Source: an uncultured cyanobacterium (GTDB lineage Bacteria > Cyanobacteriota > Cyanobacteriia > PCC-9006 > JAAUQQ01). From it: DNA of 64,000 nucleotides. The stretch is taken from positions 4,576,001 through 4,640,000 of the forward strand of contig OY970368.1 of NCBI GenBank assembly GCA_963718615.1, given 5' to 3'. Shown piece by piece: positions 20,879-33,174 of the stretch. Within the stretch, counting starts at the first letter, position 1. Every line of letters starts with the position of its first letter. The translations under genes were made by a program, and so were the position numbers. The notes beneath the pieces were generated by a model. It saw only the letters and a program-made list of their open reading frames with translations, was not told the DNA's origin and searched no databases.

Positions 20879-23659
20879 ATGGCCGAGATCGTCCTCGCCC
20901 AAGGCCCGCTGACCTATACGGAAAATTCAGCGGCGATCGCCCTTGGTTCCGTGACGCTGAGCGGGTTTGAGAGCATTAGTAACTTTGACGGGTTCACGCT
21001 GACGGCCAGTCTAAGTAACGGTATCTCCTCTGATCGTCTAGGCATTATTCCCGGCAGTGGAAATCTAGGGCTGGATGGTCGCCAGATTTTGTTGGGCAGT
21101 ACTATCATTGGAACGTTTACGGGCGGGATTGGGTCAACGACCCCTTTAGTGATTAGTCTAAATAGCTCGGCAACCTTGCCTGCGGTGCAGTTGCTGGTGA
21201 GCAGTTTGGGCTATTCGAATGTGTCGGATGCTTTGCCCGATGGTAATCGTACCCTTAATCTTTTTCTCTTCAAGGGGGGTACCAGTGCGAGTGCCTCTCG
21301 CGCCATTGCCGTTAGCGCGGCGGATGATGCCCCATTTGTCCTAGAACAGCTCCCCCTTTATGACGGGGACAGCAACCAGTTGCCCACGGTAGCCGGTGCT
21401 GCGCCCGGTGGCCCTTGGTTCTATTCCCTCGATCTCACCAAGGTTCCTGATGATTTTCCAATTATCACCATTCCGTTTCCATCCCTCACACTAGATTTTA
21501 GAGGCAAGGCCATTCAAGGCAATGCCTCATTAACCGCAGAGAGTGGAGGAACAATTCTCACAACGGATAATGCTGCCTACGCGGGACTGAGCAACTATCG
21601 CTTCAATTACGATGGCGTCAATTTAGCGACGCTGTCATCTGGAACGGTGCCCATTGGTCTAGAACCTGTCAGCGAAGATTTTCCCGTTCTCGATCGCAAT
21701 GCTGGCTACAGTCTTTCGTTTACAGCGGATTTATTGTCCGAATCCCGAACCACGGGAGCAGATAAAAACGGCGATGGCACCGACGATCGGGCTGGGTTTA
21801 GCGTCATTGTGATTGGCGATGATCTCAGAGGCATTGAGCTCGGGTTCTGGCCAGACCGCATTTGGGCTCAAAACGATGGCACCACCCAAGTTAATCCCGC
21901 CTTAGAACCAGACAACGCTCCGGCCAACCCCTTTCGCACCTTTTTTACCCAGGGCGAGTCTACGGCGTTTGATACTTCTGGCACAGCCGTTGCCTACGAA
22001 ATTGTCGTCAAGGGCGATCTCTACACACTCTATGCCAATGGCGCTCCAATTCTCAGCGGACCGCTGCGGACCTATAAAGACTTCAAGCCCAGCAACCAGG
22101 TGATAGAGGATACCCCCTTAGGCTCACCCATCATCGTTGTTCCGCCAAATCCCTACGAACAAAGCAATTTTATTTTCCTGGGGGACAGTACGCCAACCGC
22201 TCAGGCTAGCGTTAAGCTCGGAGATATTTCGGTCAATACGGCCAATGGTTCACCTGCGATCGCCTTCCCAACCGGCTCTCCTCCCCAACCCCCCGTCTTT
22301 CAAATCCAAGATCCCGATGCTGGGGATGGCTTAGTCCTAGTGACGCTGACGGTCGCCGAAGGCACCCTAAATCTGGCTGGTGATGTCAGCGGCGGGGTCA
22401 GCAGCAACGATATTTCGGATAACGGCACAGGGACGGTTCAGCTTCTGGGGACGCTGGAGCAGATTAATCAGACCCTGGCGGCGAGCAATGGTTTGAGCTA
22501 TCAGGTGAGTAGCGGGGCTGTGACCGCCGATGCGATCGCCGTCACTGTCAGTGCCCCGCCTGATCCCAATCTGCCCACCCTGAGTTTTACTAACTCGGTC
22601 ACGGCGATCGCCGAAAATCTCAACACGACCAGTGGCGTGAAGTTGGCGGAGATTGCGATCGCCGACGCCGACGGGGGAAACAACGAAATCGCGCTCACAG
22701 GAGCTGACCAAGCCAGTTTTCAGCTGGTTGATGGCAGTTCTGGCAAAGAACTATGGCTAGCAGAGGGGGTCGCGCTAGATTTTGAAAACCGTAGTTCATA
22801 CAGTGTGACGGTCACAGTCGACGACGCCAACCTCGGCTCCGGCCCAGAAGACAGCAAAGTCTTCACGCTCAGCGTCACCGATATTGACGAAAGCCTCTGG
22901 CTCAAGCCCAGTCGTGCCGGTGGCGTGGTCAAAATCACCGATGAGCAGCAGTTACAACTTGCCTCAGTCCGGCCCTTTATCACAGATGCCAACTGGCAAA
23001 TTCAGGCCATGGGGTCTATTAGTGCTGTGAACCAGACGGATTATGTTTGGCGCAATCAGGCCACGGGCCAAGTGGTGCTTTGGGAAAATGTCACGTTACA
23101 GCCGGGGGGTAATCCAGCGGAGCTGAGCTTGCTGGCGCAGCATGCGATGCCGGTCAAGGCCAGTGCTCTGCCGTCCGTCACGGATCGCAACTGGACCATA
23201 GCCGGTGCGGGTAATTTTAATGGGGACTCCCGCGACGATTTGGTTTGGTACAACGCATCCGCCCAAGAACTGGTGGTTTGGTATCTGGACGGTGCAACCA
23301 AGAGCGGTAGCGTTGCAGTCAATCTGAACGATCTAGAAGCCGGTTATCAGCTCGAAGGCGTCGGTGACTTTAACGGCGATGACCTGGGCGATTTCTTCTG
23401 GCGCAATGCCAACGGTGAGACGCTGATTTGGTTTATGGCGGAAGGGGCCGTGCGCGACAGCACTGCTACCCTAGAAACCTTGGCGGTGGCGGACTGGTCG
23501 GTGACGGGAATTGGGGATTACAACCAGGATGGTAAAGCCGATATTGCTTGGGGGCAGGGCAGCGTCTTTGAGGCAGGGCGGTTGTGGCTGATTGATGGCT
23601 CCGTTGATGGAAATGTCTTGCTGAAGGACCTTGCCATTTCCCCCCAACCCCTGAGCTAG
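20879..23659 (+). CDS. large surface/secreted protein with cadherin-like and FG-GAP-like repeats
   Basis: LTYTEN, LDFE..SY.VTVTV.D cadherin-like motif, GDFNGD..D..WRN repeats. Confidence 0.8.
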   Translation: MAEIVLAQGPLTYTENSAAIALGSVTLSGFESISNFDGFTLTASLSNGISSDRLGIIPGSGNLGLDGRQILLGSTIIGTFTGGIGSTTPLVISLNSSATLPAVQLLVSSLGYSNVSDALPDGNRTLNLFLFKGGTSASASRAIAVSAADDAPFVLEQLPLYDGDSNQLPTVAGAAPGGPWFYSLDLTKVPDDFPIITIPFPSLTLDFRGKAIQGNASLTAESGGTILTTDNAAYAGLSNYRFNYDGVNLATLSSGTVPIGLEPVSEDFPVLDRNAGYSLSFTADLLSESRTTGADKNGDGTDDRAGFSVIVIGDDLRGIELGFWPDRIWAQNDGTTQVNPALEPDNAPANPFRTFFTQGESTAFDTSGTAVAYEIVVKGDLYTLYANGAPILSGPLRTYKDFKPSNQVIEDTPLGSPIIVVPPNPYEQSNFIFLGDSTPTAQASVKLGDISVNTANGSPAIAFPTGSPPQPPVFQIQDPDAGDGLVLVTLTVAEGTLNLAGDVSGGVSSNDISDNGTGTVQLLGTLEQINQTLAASNGLSYQVSSGAVTADAIAVTVSAPPDPNLPTLSFTNSVTAIAENLNTTSGVKLAEIAIADADGGNNEIALTGADQASFQLVDGSSGKELWLAEGVALDFENRSSYSVTVTVDDANLGSGPEDSKVFTLSVTDIDESLWLKPSRAGGVVKITDEQQLQLASVRPFITDANWQIQAMGSISAVNQTDYVWRNQATGQVVLWENVTLQPGGNPAELSLLAQHAMPVKASALPSVTDRNWTIAGAGNFNGDSRDDLVWYNASAQELVVWYLDGATKSGSVAVNLNDLEAGYQLEGVGDFNGDDLGDFFWRNANGETLIWFMAEGAVRDSTATLETLAVADWSVTGIGDYNQDGKADIAWGQGSVFEAGRLWLIDGSVDGNVLLKDLAISPQPLS

Positions 23660-23839
23660 CCTGGAAAATTGGCTGGAAAACTCCCGTAGAGGGGTGACTT
23701 CCACGCCTCTGCGCAACAATCCGTTACTGATCCCCCCGCCAAAACTCGCCCCATCATTAAATTTCCGTAATACCTCAGCCCGAGGCCAAAAATCCCCGAT
23801 AGGTTGTGATGTAAGACATTTAACTTCGCGAGTACTCCG

Positions 23840-25474
23840 ATGGATCCAGCAACCTTCCCTTGGCTGACGACCATCATTCTCTTTCCCATCGCAGCGGCCC
23901 TCTTACTCCCGCTGATTCCAGACAAGGACGGCAAAACCGTGCGGTGGTATTCCCTGGTGGTGGGGCTGATTGATTTTGTTCTGATTATTTACGCGTTTTA
24001 CAGCCAGTATGACCTCAGCCTTCCGGGGCTGCAGCTCGCTGAAAGCTATGCCTGGGCTCCTCAGATTGGCCTGAATTGGTCCGTTGGGGCCGATGGCCTC
24101 TCCATGCCGCTGATTATTCTCACGGGCTTTATTACGACCCTTGCCATGCTGGCGGCTTGGCCGGTCACGCTCAAACCCAAGCTGTTTTACTTCCTGCTCC
24201 TGTCGATGTACGGTGCGCAAATCGCGGTGTTTGCCGTGCAGGATATGCTGCTGTTCTTCCTGGCTTGGGAGCTAGAGCTGATTCCGGTGTATTTGCTCCT
24301 GTCCATTTGGGGCGGTAAAAAGCGGTTTTATGCAGCCACTAAATTTATTCTCTACACCGCAGGTAGCTCGCTGTTTATTCTGGTTGCCGGGTTGGCCATG
24401 GCCTTCTACGGCGATACGGTGTCCTTCGACTTCCAGACCTTGGCGGCCAAGAATTACACCCTTGGCTTTGAGCTGTTGGTCTATGGCGGCTTCTTGATTG
24501 CCTATGGCGTCAAGCTGCCCATGGTACCGCTGCATACTTGGCTCCCCGATGCCCATGGCGAAGCGACGGCTCCCGTTCACATGCTCCTGGCTGGGATTTT
24601 GCTCAAAATGGGAGGCTATGCGCTCCTGCGGATGAATGCGGGGATGCTCCCGGAGGCCCACGCCAAGTTTGCACCGATCCTGATCATTCTGGGCATCGTC
24701 AATATTATCTACGCAGCGCTGACCTCCTTTGCCCAGCGCAACCTCAAACGCAAAATTGCCTATTCATCGATTTCCCACATGGGATTTGTGCTGATTGGTC
24801 TGGCCTCGTTCACCAATCTGGGCATTAGCGGCATGATGCTGCAAATGATTTCCCATGGCTTGATCGGGGCAAGCCTGTTCTTCCTGGTGGGCGCGACCTA
24901 TGACCGCACTCACACGCTCATGCTGGATGAAATGGGTGGTGTGGGGCAGAAGATGAACAAGATGTTTGCCATGTGGACTGTTTGTTCTCTGGCTTCGTTA
25001 GCGCTGCCGGGGATGAGTGGTTTTGTCGCCGAGCTGATGGTGTTTGTTGGGTTTGCCACGAGCGATGCCTATTCCCTAACCTTCCGGGTTGTGGGGGTTT
25101 CGTTGGCGGCGATCGGCGTCATTCTCACGCCGGTCTACTTGCTGTCCATGCTGCGGGAAATCTTCTACGGACCTGAAAACGAAGAACTGACTAGCCATGA
25201 AGCTTTGATCGATGCCGAGCCTCGGGAGATTTACATCATCACCTGTCTGCTTGTACCGATTATCGGCATTGGGCTCTATCCAAAGCTGGTCACCCAAATA
25301 TATGCCTCTAGCATTGATGTGCTGACCGTGCGATTGCGGGCAGCGGTGCCGGGATTGGTGCAACCGGCGGTGGCGACGGAAAATCGGACGTTGGTCCCCT
25401 CTTTTAGGGGCGATCGCGAAAAAACCATCGTGGCTCTGACAGCTCCGGCGATCGCTCCAAGCATCACCCCCTAA
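23840..25474 (+). CDS. ndhD1: NDH-1 subunit 4 (NdhD1)
   Basis: [33 protein letters not shown]. Confidence 0.92.
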   Translation: MDPATFPWLTTIILFPIAAALLLPLIPDKDGKTVRWYSLVVGLIDFVLIIYAFYSQYDLSLPGLQLAESYAWAPQIGLNWSVGADGLSMPLIILTGFITTLAMLAAWPVTLKPKLFYFLLLSMYGAQIAVFAVQDMLLFFLAWELELIPVYLLLSIWGGKKRFYAATKFILYTAGSSLFILVAGLAMAFYGDTVSFDFQTLAAKNYTLGFELLVYGGFLIAYGVKLPMVPLHTWLPDAHGEATAPVHMLLAGILLKMGGYALLRMNAGMLPEAHAKFAPILIILGIVNIIYAALTSFAQRNLKRKIAYSSISHMGFVLIGLASFTNLGISGMMLQMISHGLIGASLFFLVGATYDRTHTLMLDEMGGVGQKMNKMFAMWTVCSLASLALPGMSGFVAELMVFVGFATSDAYSLTFRVVGVSLAAIGVILTPVYLLSMLREIFYGPENEELTSHEALIDAEPREIYIITCLLVPIIGIGLYPKLVTQIYASSIDVLTVRLRAAVPGLVQPAVATENRTLVPSFRGDREKTIVALTAPAIAPSITP

Positions 25475-25766
25475 ACTCACCTCAAAAAAACTTGATTCTT
25501 CAAGGGTCAGCTCTAACGGCTGGCCCTTTTGATTGGGCTTCCTAACCTGGCCTTCCCTCGACGGGTAAAACGGGGGGCAAAACCGACTGGCAAAACCGAC
25601 TAGCAAAACTTGTAGAAAACTTTTTGAAGAAAATCATCAAAATATGGGTATCCTAGTCCCCAATTTTTACCAAGACCGATTAACATAAGGCAGAACAAAG
25701 ATTCTAGTTCTCAAAAAAGCAACACTCTAGTTCGCACTCGCCGCGACCCTCTCAAACCTCGTCCCC

Positions 25767-26615
25767 ATGGTTTCTCCCGCCCAACGTGCGATTTCACTCC
25801 TCATCGATATGGCAGAACAAGGGGAAATTGACCCCTGGAACGTCAATGTCATTGATGTGATCGATCGCTTTTTGGAAGAACTACAGCTCAAGGATCTCTC
25901 CGGCTACTTCACCCGCTCTCAGGGGAGCTTTGGTCGTAATCGCTACGAGGCCGACCTGTCTGAGTCGGGTCAAGCCTTTCTCTATGCTTCGATGTTGGTG
26001 CTTCTCAAGGCAGACACGCTGGTTCAGCAAGAGGAACAGCAGCCAGAAGAAGAGCTAGTCGAAGATTTGAGCTTGGCAGATGCAGACACGAATGTGATTC
26101 CATTGCCCAACCATCTCGAACGGCAACTACGACGTCGGGCCGTCGCCCGTCCGCCCCAAAGTCGTCGGGTCACTTTAGCCGAACTCATTGAGCAGTTAGA
26201 GCTGATGGCTGCGGCCATGGAACTTCCCACGGTTCCTCGCCCCAAATCCCGCGTGCGTCCCCAGTCCAAACGCCAAGCCATTCGTGCTATTTCCCAGTTG
26301 GCCCACCAGGAAAACCTGGCGGAAATGGCTGCAAGCCTGGGCGAATTTATTGAAGAGGGCTGGACAGAACTGCCCGTTTGCGCCAATGGCTGGTTTGATT
26401 TTGATGACCTGGTAGCGGTGTGGCACAAAAGCCCACATAACACGTTTAGTAAAACTCTCGATCGTGTTGGGGTATTTTGGGCACTCTTATTCCTATCAGC
26501 CCAGGGCAAAGTTGAGCTGATGCAGCGGGAGTTTTACCAACGCTTAGAGCTGAGGCGAGCCGTGTTGGAAACCACAGCCCCGGTGTTAGAAGCCATGGCT
26601 GTCTCTGCCTCCTAA
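25767..26615 (+). CDS. scpA: segregation/condensation protein A
   Basis: GEIDPWNVNVIDVIDRFL; VFWALLFLSAQGKVELMQ. Confidence 0.9.
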   Translation: MVSPAQRAISLLIDMAEQGEIDPWNVNVIDVIDRFLEELQLKDLSGYFTRSQGSFGRNRYEADLSESGQAFLYASMLVLLKADTLVQQEEQQPEEELVEDLSLADADTNVIPLPNHLERQLRRRAVARPPQSRRVTLAELIEQLELMAAAMELPTVPRPKSRVRPQSKRQAIRAISQLAHQENLAEMAASLGEFIEEGWTELPVCANGWFDFDDLVAVWHKSPHNTFSKTLDRVGVFWALLFLSAQGKVELMQREFYQRLELRRAVLETTAPVLEAMAVSAS

Positions 26616-26725
26616 TTGATTGTGAATGCAGGAAAATGGGTATGCTGGAGGCGTCCACCCACAGCCTTCAGCATCTGTTATCCGTGGAAGTCGTCGTGTA
26701 CCGCTGAGGAGACCTCAAGAATCCT

Positions 26726-27889
26726 ATGAAAGCCATGATTCTGGCCGCTGGCAAGGGAACCAGGGTTCGTCCCATTACCTACACCATTCCCAAGCCAATG
26801 ATCCCCATCTTGGAGAAACCTGTGATGGAGTTTCTGCTGGAGCTGCTGCGCCAGCATGGGTTCACGGAGGTCATGGTCAATGTCAGCCATTTAGCCAATG
26901 AGATCGAAAACTATTTTCGGGATGGCCAGCGGTTTGGGGTTCAGATTGCCTATTCCTTTGAGGGGCGGATTACCAACGGGGAATTAATTGGAGAGGCCAT
27001 TGGCTCCGCTGGGGGCATGCGCAAAATTCAAGATTTTCAGCCCTTTTTTGACGATACGTTTATTGTGCTCTGTGGCGATGCGCTGATCGATTTAGACCTC
27101 ACCGAGGCGATTCGCTGGCACCGAGAAAAGGGGTCGATCGCGACAATCATCATGAAATCTGTGCCGAAGCAAGAGGTTTCAAGCTATGGCGTGGTGGTCA
27201 CAGACGAAACAGGTCGGATCAACACCTTCCAGGAAAAGCCCAGTGTCGAAGAGGCCCTCAGTACTGATATCAATACGGGTATTTATATTTTTGAGCCTGA
27301 AATCTTTAATTACATTCCTTCAGGGCAAGAATTTGATATTGGCGGCGATCTGTTCCCGCTCTTGGTCGAGAAAGGGGCTCCCTTCTATGGGGTCTCTATG
27401 GACTTTGAGTGGGTGGATATTGGCAAGGTGCCGGATTATTGGCACGCCATTCGCAGCGTTTTGAGAGGGGACGTAAAAAATGTCTCGATTCCCGGCAAGC
27501 AGGTGGCTCCCGGCATTTACACCGGTCTCAATGTTGCGGTGAATTGGGACAAGGTGGATATCCAAGGACCGGTTTACATTGGCGGCATGACCCGCATTGA
27601 AGACGGCGCGAAGATCATTGGTCCGACGATGATTGGGGCGAACTGCTGGGTTTGCAGCGATGCCGTGGTGGATAACAGCGTGATTTTTGAGTATTCGCGC
27701 TTGGGGCCGGGAGTGCGTCTGGTGGATAAGTTGGTGTTTGGTCGCTATTGTGTAGATAAAACCGGGGCATCGATTGATGTTCAGGCGGCGGCCCTGGACT
27801 GGCTGATCACCGATGCGCGACAAACGTTCCCCAATCAGCCCTCGATCGAGCGGCAGGCGATCGCCGAACTCCTCGGGGCTGAATCCTAA
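26726..27889 (+). CDS. cugP: NDP-sugar pyrophosphorylase, cyanobacterial UDP-glucose pyrophosphorylase type
   Basis: MKAMILAAGKGTRVRPIT..PKPMIP, FQEKP, hexapeptide-like C-terminus. Confidence 0.8.
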   Translation: MKAMILAAGKGTRVRPITYTIPKPMIPILEKPVMEFLLELLRQHGFTEVMVNVSHLANEIENYFRDGQRFGVQIAYSFEGRITNGELIGEAIGSAGGMRKIQDFQPFFDDTFIVLCGDALIDLDLTEAIRWHREKGSIATIIMKSVPKQEVSSYGVVVTDETGRINTFQEKPSVEEALSTDINTGIYIFEPEIFNYIPSGQEFDIGGDLFPLLVEKGAPFYGVSMDFEWVDIGKVPDYWHAIRSVLRGDVKNVSIPGKQVAPGIYTGLNVAVNWDKVDIQGPVYIGGMTRIEDGAKIIGPTMIGANCWVCSDAVVDNSVIFEYSRLGPGVRLVDKLVFGRYCVDKTGASIDVQAAALDWLITDARQTFPNQPSIERQAIAELLGAES

Positions 27890-27936
27890 CCCCCCCGTCC
27901 TAGGCAACAGCAACAGGCAACAGGAATGGATGCCCC

Positions 27937-28914
27937 ATGGACTCCCCCATAGATGCCCTGGCGATCGCCTACACCGACATCGAACAGGCAGCGGCAAGAC
28001 TCGCCGGTATAGCCCACCGCACATCGGTTTTAACGTCGCGTACCTTTAATCACCTAACCGGTGCCGAGGTCTTCTTCAAAGCCGAAAACTTCCAGCGCAC
28101 GGGCTCATTCAAGTTTCGGGGAGCCTACAATTGCCTGTCGCAACTGTCCCCGGAGGAGCGCGATCGCGGAGTTTTGGCCTTCTCGTCGGGGAACCATGCC
28201 CAAGGGGTGGCGCTGGCGGGAAAACTACTGGGGATTCAGACGGCGATCGTCATGCCCGAGGATGCCCCCCAGGCCAAGCTAGCGGCGACGCGGGGATATG
28301 GGGCAGAAGTTTTGTTGCGCGATCGCGCCGAGCTCCAGCGTCCCACCCTCCAAACCGAGCTCCTGCAATCCCGAGGAAATGTGCTCGTTCCGCCCTTTGA
28401 TCATCCGCAGATCATCGCAGGACAAGGGACCGCTGGGAAAGAATTAATCGAAGAAACGGGTGCGTTGGATGCCCTCTTGGTTTGCTGTGGTGGCGGGGGA
28501 TTGCTGTCCGGTTGTGCACTGGCCACTAAAGCCCTAGCACCCCAATGCCAAGTCATCGGTGTTGAGCCGGAAGCGGGGGATGATATGACGCGATCGTTCC
28601 ACACTAAAACTATCCAACGCAATGCAACCGCCCCACAAACCCTCTGCGACGGTGCCCGTACACTCCAGCCCGGTCAACTGACATTGCCGATTATCCTGTC
28701 AAAGGTCGATGACCTGGTGACGGTTTCTGATGTGGAAATCATTGCCACGCTGCGATTGCTTTATGAGCGCATGAAGATCGTTGTCGAACCCACCGGCGCT
28801 TTGGCGGCAGCGGCTTTACTCCATCGGCATCTCGGCCTTGCGGGCAAACGGGTAGGCGTGATTCTCAGTGGTGGCAATGTGGATTTGCCTCGGCTAGCCG
28901 ATTGGCTGGACTAA
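27937..28914 (+). CDS. PLP-dependent threonine/serine dehydratase family (hydroxyaspartate ammonia-lyase-like)
   Basis: FQRTGSFKFRGA, SSGNHAQG, GGGGL, SGGNVD. Confidence 0.88.
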   Translation: MDSPIDALAIAYTDIEQAAARLAGIAHRTSVLTSRTFNHLTGAEVFFKAENFQRTGSFKFRGAYNCLSQLSPEERDRGVLAFSSGNHAQGVALAGKLLGIQTAIVMPEDAPQAKLAATRGYGAEVLLRDRAELQRPTLQTELLQSRGNVLVPPFDHPQIIAGQGTAGKELIEETGALDALLVCCGGGGLLSGCALATKALAPQCQVIGVEPEAGDDMTRSFHTKTIQRNATAPQTLCDGARTLQPGQLTLPIILSKVDDLVTVSDVEIIATLRLLYERMKIVVEPTGALAAAALLHRHLGLAGKRVGVILSGGNVDLPRLADWLD

Positions 28915-29095
28915 AGAGTTTCTTGACTCTCATCCCAATAAAAGCGATAAAACAGTTCAGCAGCCTCAAAATCGTGCTCGTCCGCCACATGATGGATCAG
29001 CTTTTCTGCATCGGTTTTGCGGGGCCTTGAAGTCCTGTCCGAAGAATCACGGAAACCCTCTCCCTATTGGAAACCTCGCCACGGAAACCCTGTAA

Positions 29096-30340
<1,245 letters not shown>

Positions 30341-30535
30341 GTCGGCGAGTCATGCCTATCATCAAGAATCAATAGGGATGGGTTTGGCGCAAATGCAGGG
30401 TGAAAAGCCAAAACTTGCCGAGCTAGACCCGCCCTACTTGGGTTATGGCGATCGCCATTGATTTTGTTAACGCGTTCTTAAATTTCGGTGCTCCGAATTC
30501 TGATTGAATATTGCTGATCGAATAACAGCTTACCT

Positions 30536-31669
30536 ATGAGAATTGCCCTTTTCACCGAAACCTTTCTGCCTAAGATCGACGGCATCGTCACCCGCCTCAA
30601 GTACACCGTCGAACACCTTCAGCGTCAGGGAAATCAGGTGCTGGTATTTTCGCCGGAGGGAGGACTGAAGGAATATTGTGGAGCACAGATCTATGGCGTG
30701 AAAGGTTCGCCGTTGCCCTGGTACCCGGAACTGAAAATGGCCTTTCCTCGACCTTCGGTGGGCAAGGCGCTGGAGCTATTCAAGCCAGATTTAATTCATG
30801 TGGTGAATCCGGCGATTCTGGGTCTCGGCGGCATTTACTATGCCAAAAAGCTAGAAATTCCCCTGGTGGCGTCCTACCACACCCATTTGCCTAAGTATCT
30901 GGAGCACTATGGCCTCGGCATGCTGGAGCCCCTGCTCTGGGAACTGCTGAAGATGGCCCACAACAATGCGCTGCTGAATCTTTGTACCTCCACAGCGATG
31001 GTGGAAGAACTGGATGCCCATGGAATTGAGCGGACGGATCTATGGCAGCGGGGGGTGGATACGGAGCTGTTTCGGCCTGAGTTGGCCAATGGGGACATGC
31101 GCGATCGCCTCTCCCAGGGGCACCCGGAAGCGCCGCTGCTGCTCTATATTGGGCGGCTATCAGCGGAAAAAGAAATCGATCGCATCAAACCCGTCCTCGA
31201 ATCCATCCCCCATGCCCGCCTTGCTCTCGTTGGCAATGGTCCCTACCGCGAGGAACTGGAAGAACATTTCGCTGGAACCCATACAAATTTCGTCGGCTAT
31301 CTCCAGGGCGAAGGCCTCGCTGCGGCCTACGCTTCTGCGGATGCGTTTATTTTTCCCTCGCGTACCGAAACCCTAGGTTTGGTACTGCTAGAAGCGATGG
31401 CAGCGGGTTGTCCCGTGATCGCAGCGAATGCGGGCGGCATTCCGGATATCGTCACCGATGGCGAGAATGGTTTCCTCTTTAGTCCTGCTGAGGATAATGC
31501 CATGATCGAGGCAACCCAGCGGCTCCTGGCCAATCAAATTGAGCGGGAAACCCTACGGAAAGCGGCTCGGGCAGAAGCGGAGCGCTGGAGCTGGGCGTCG
31601 GCAACGCGACAGTTGCAGCATTATTATGAGCAGGTCCTAACGGCAGAAGCCTTGCCCAAAGTAGCCTAG
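30536..31669 (+). CDS. sqdX: sulfoquinovosyldiacylglycerol synthase (GT4)
   Basis: MRIALFTETFLPKIDGIVTRL, ETLGLVLLEAMA; follows sqdB. Confidence 0.92.
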   Translation: MRIALFTETFLPKIDGIVTRLKYTVEHLQRQGNQVLVFSPEGGLKEYCGAQIYGVKGSPLPWYPELKMAFPRPSVGKALELFKPDLIHVVNPAILGLGGIYYAKKLEIPLVASYHTHLPKYLEHYGLGMLEPLLWELLKMAHNNALLNLCTSTAMVEELDAHGIERTDLWQRGVDTELFRPELANGDMRDRLSQGHPEAPLLLYIGRLSAEKEIDRIKPVLESIPHARLALVGNGPYREELEEHFAGTHTNFVGYLQGEGLAAAYASADAFIFPSRTETLGLVLLEAMAAGCPVIAANAGGIPDIVTDGENGFLFSPAEDNAMIEATQRLLANQIERETLRKAARAEAERWSWASATRQLQHYYEQVLTAEALPKVA

Positions 31670-31680
31670 AAGCCCTGTTT

Positions 31681-31825
31681 CTGAACTGCTGGATTGGGTG
31701 AGGGATATTTGGAGGCGGTGCAGATGCCGCTGGAGCAGTTGGAGGCGCTGCCGCATTTGGGGGCGTTTTAAAGCAGGAGGGCGATCGCAAGCGGGCGGTG
31801 GAGGCGATGAGGAGGAGTTGAGAAT
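31681..31825 (+). pseudogene. degenerate 3' fragment of MoxR-family AAA ATPase gene (copy 1)
   Basis: near-copy of 32706-32850 with indels. Confidence 0.7.
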
Positions 31826-31842
31826 GTAGAGCTGAGAATTCT

Positions 31843-32208
31843 TCAGCGAATTTGGACTGTTTCTACGTTAATCTCACCGACTCTTTGCAACTGAGCGTCA
31901 TTACTGAGTAATGTAGCGTCTACCAGGGAGGCTGTGGCACAGATAATTGCATCTGGCAGTTTTAGGCGATATTGCTTGCGAAGGGCGATCGCCATATTCT
32001 TAACGCTCTCGCTCAATCCGACCACCGTGACCTGAGCAAGAAACTGCCGAACTCTTGATGCTTCTTCGTCTGTAAGCGATGGATAGGAGAGCATTTCCAT
32101 TTCGCTAATGACGGATAGGTAAAACTCACCTGTGGGTAAAGGTTGCAGCAAACATCCACCCAGCAAATACAGTGCGACGTTCGTATCCAAAACGTACCGT
32201 TCTGCCAT
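31843..32208 (-). CDS. PIN domain (VapC) toxin
   Basis: YVLDTN, SVISEME, LKLPDAIICATA, LLSND. Confidence 0.9.
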   Translation of the reverse strand: MAERYVLDTNVALYLLGGCLLQPLPTGEFYLSVISEMEMLSYPSLTDEEASRVRQFLAQVTVVGLSESVKNMAIALRKQYRLKLPDAIICATASLVDATLLSNDAQLQRVGEINVETVQIR

Positions 32209-32411
32209 TACGCCCACTCATCTCGCATCTGCCGTTGGTACTCCAGAGGATCTTGCTGGAGGCCAATAACGCCGCTGAACTGATTCAGATCGGTGCTGGC
32301 AGGAGTGCGGGGTTCTTCGGCTTTGAGGAATTGCGATCGCAGAAAGCCACGCTCCTCTTGAGAGAGAGCCTGAATCATTGACCAGATGGACTGTACAAGC
32401 TGAACGTTCAT
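32208..32411 (-). CDS. putative antitoxin
   Basis: 67 aa ORF ending DPLEYQRQMRDEWA; stop overlaps the PIN start codon. Confidence 0.75.
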   Translation of the reverse strand: MNVQLVQSIWSMIQALSQEERGFLRSQFLKAEEPRTPASTDLNQFSGVIGLQQDPLEYQRQMRDEWA

Positions 32412-32474
32412 TGTTCTTATAGCTTTTTCGCATCCGCCACACCATGTTATCCCATCGCAAAATGTCCGCGATCG

Positions 32475-32585
32475 CGGCGGCGAGGTTTTGTGCTGGGGCC
32501 GGAGGATTGCAGCGTCGCAAGATTCGTTGCGATTAGGGTTGGGCGGGTCTTCGCAAGAGCCAGTGCGGAAGTTGTGTACGATTTT
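32475..32585 (+). pseudogene. degenerate 5' fragment of vWA/CoxE-like gene (copy 1)
   Basis: cggcggcgaggttttgtgctggggccggaggatt... matches 33736-33850 with a frameshift. Confidence 0.7.
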
Positions 32586-32605
32586 GCATCCGTCTCGATC
32601 GTCAA

Positions 32606-32845
32606 TTGACAATTCCAATGAAAGAGGCGATCGCTCTTGGACAGAAGGCGATCGCGGTGTTGCTGGAGCTGCGCAAGTTGGATTTGAGCAAGCGGCCTGG
32701 GTTGAGTGAGCTGCTGGATTGGGTAGGGTATTTGGAGGCGGTGCGGATACCGGTGGAGCGGTTGGAAGAGCTGCCGCATTTGGGGGCGTTGTTGAAGCAG
32801 GAGGGCGATCGCAAGCGGGCGGTGGAGGCGATGGGGAGGAGTTGA
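32606..32845 (+). pseudogene. 3' fragment of MoxR-family AAA ATPase gene (copy 2)
   Basis: ELRKLDLSKRPGLSELLDWV..L..LPHLGALLK..GD resembles the MoxR lid domain; Walker motifs absent. Confidence 0.75.
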
Positions 32846-32922
32846 GAATTGATAGAACGGACAAAATTTTGGATGGGTTAAGCTGTAGCTATAGTTCGGG
32901 ACAATTTGGTCTCTAGGTCATC

Positions 32923-33174
32923 ATGCATACTCTTTCTCTGCCGTACCCAGACGATCTACTCATAACCTCTGGTCAGTCCCCCCAGGCCCTGGAAGCTGAG
33001 CTTGCGTTCCTTCTTGCTGTCAAGCTATTTGAATTGCGTCGTTTATCTCTAGGTAAGGCAGCGGCTTTCTGCAAAATGAAGAAGCTTCAGTTTATGTATG
33101 AGCTTGGGCGGCTCCAGGTTCCTGTGATTAACCTAGATGACGACCAGATTGCGGATGAGCTAAGCGATGACTAA
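32923..33174 (+). CDS. UPF0175 family antitoxin
   Basis: LAVKLFELRRLSLGKAAAF....F...LG. Confidence 0.85.
   Translation: MHTLSLPYPDDLLITSGQSPQALEAELAFLLAVKLFELRRLSLGKAAAFCKMKKLQFMYELGRLQVPVINLDDDQIADELSDD

Noticed and set aside
32412-32864. N-terminal 150 aa of the 218-aa minus-strand ORF
   Set aside because: Pro-rich antisense read of the MoxR/vWA fragments; only the last 67 codons look like the antitoxin.
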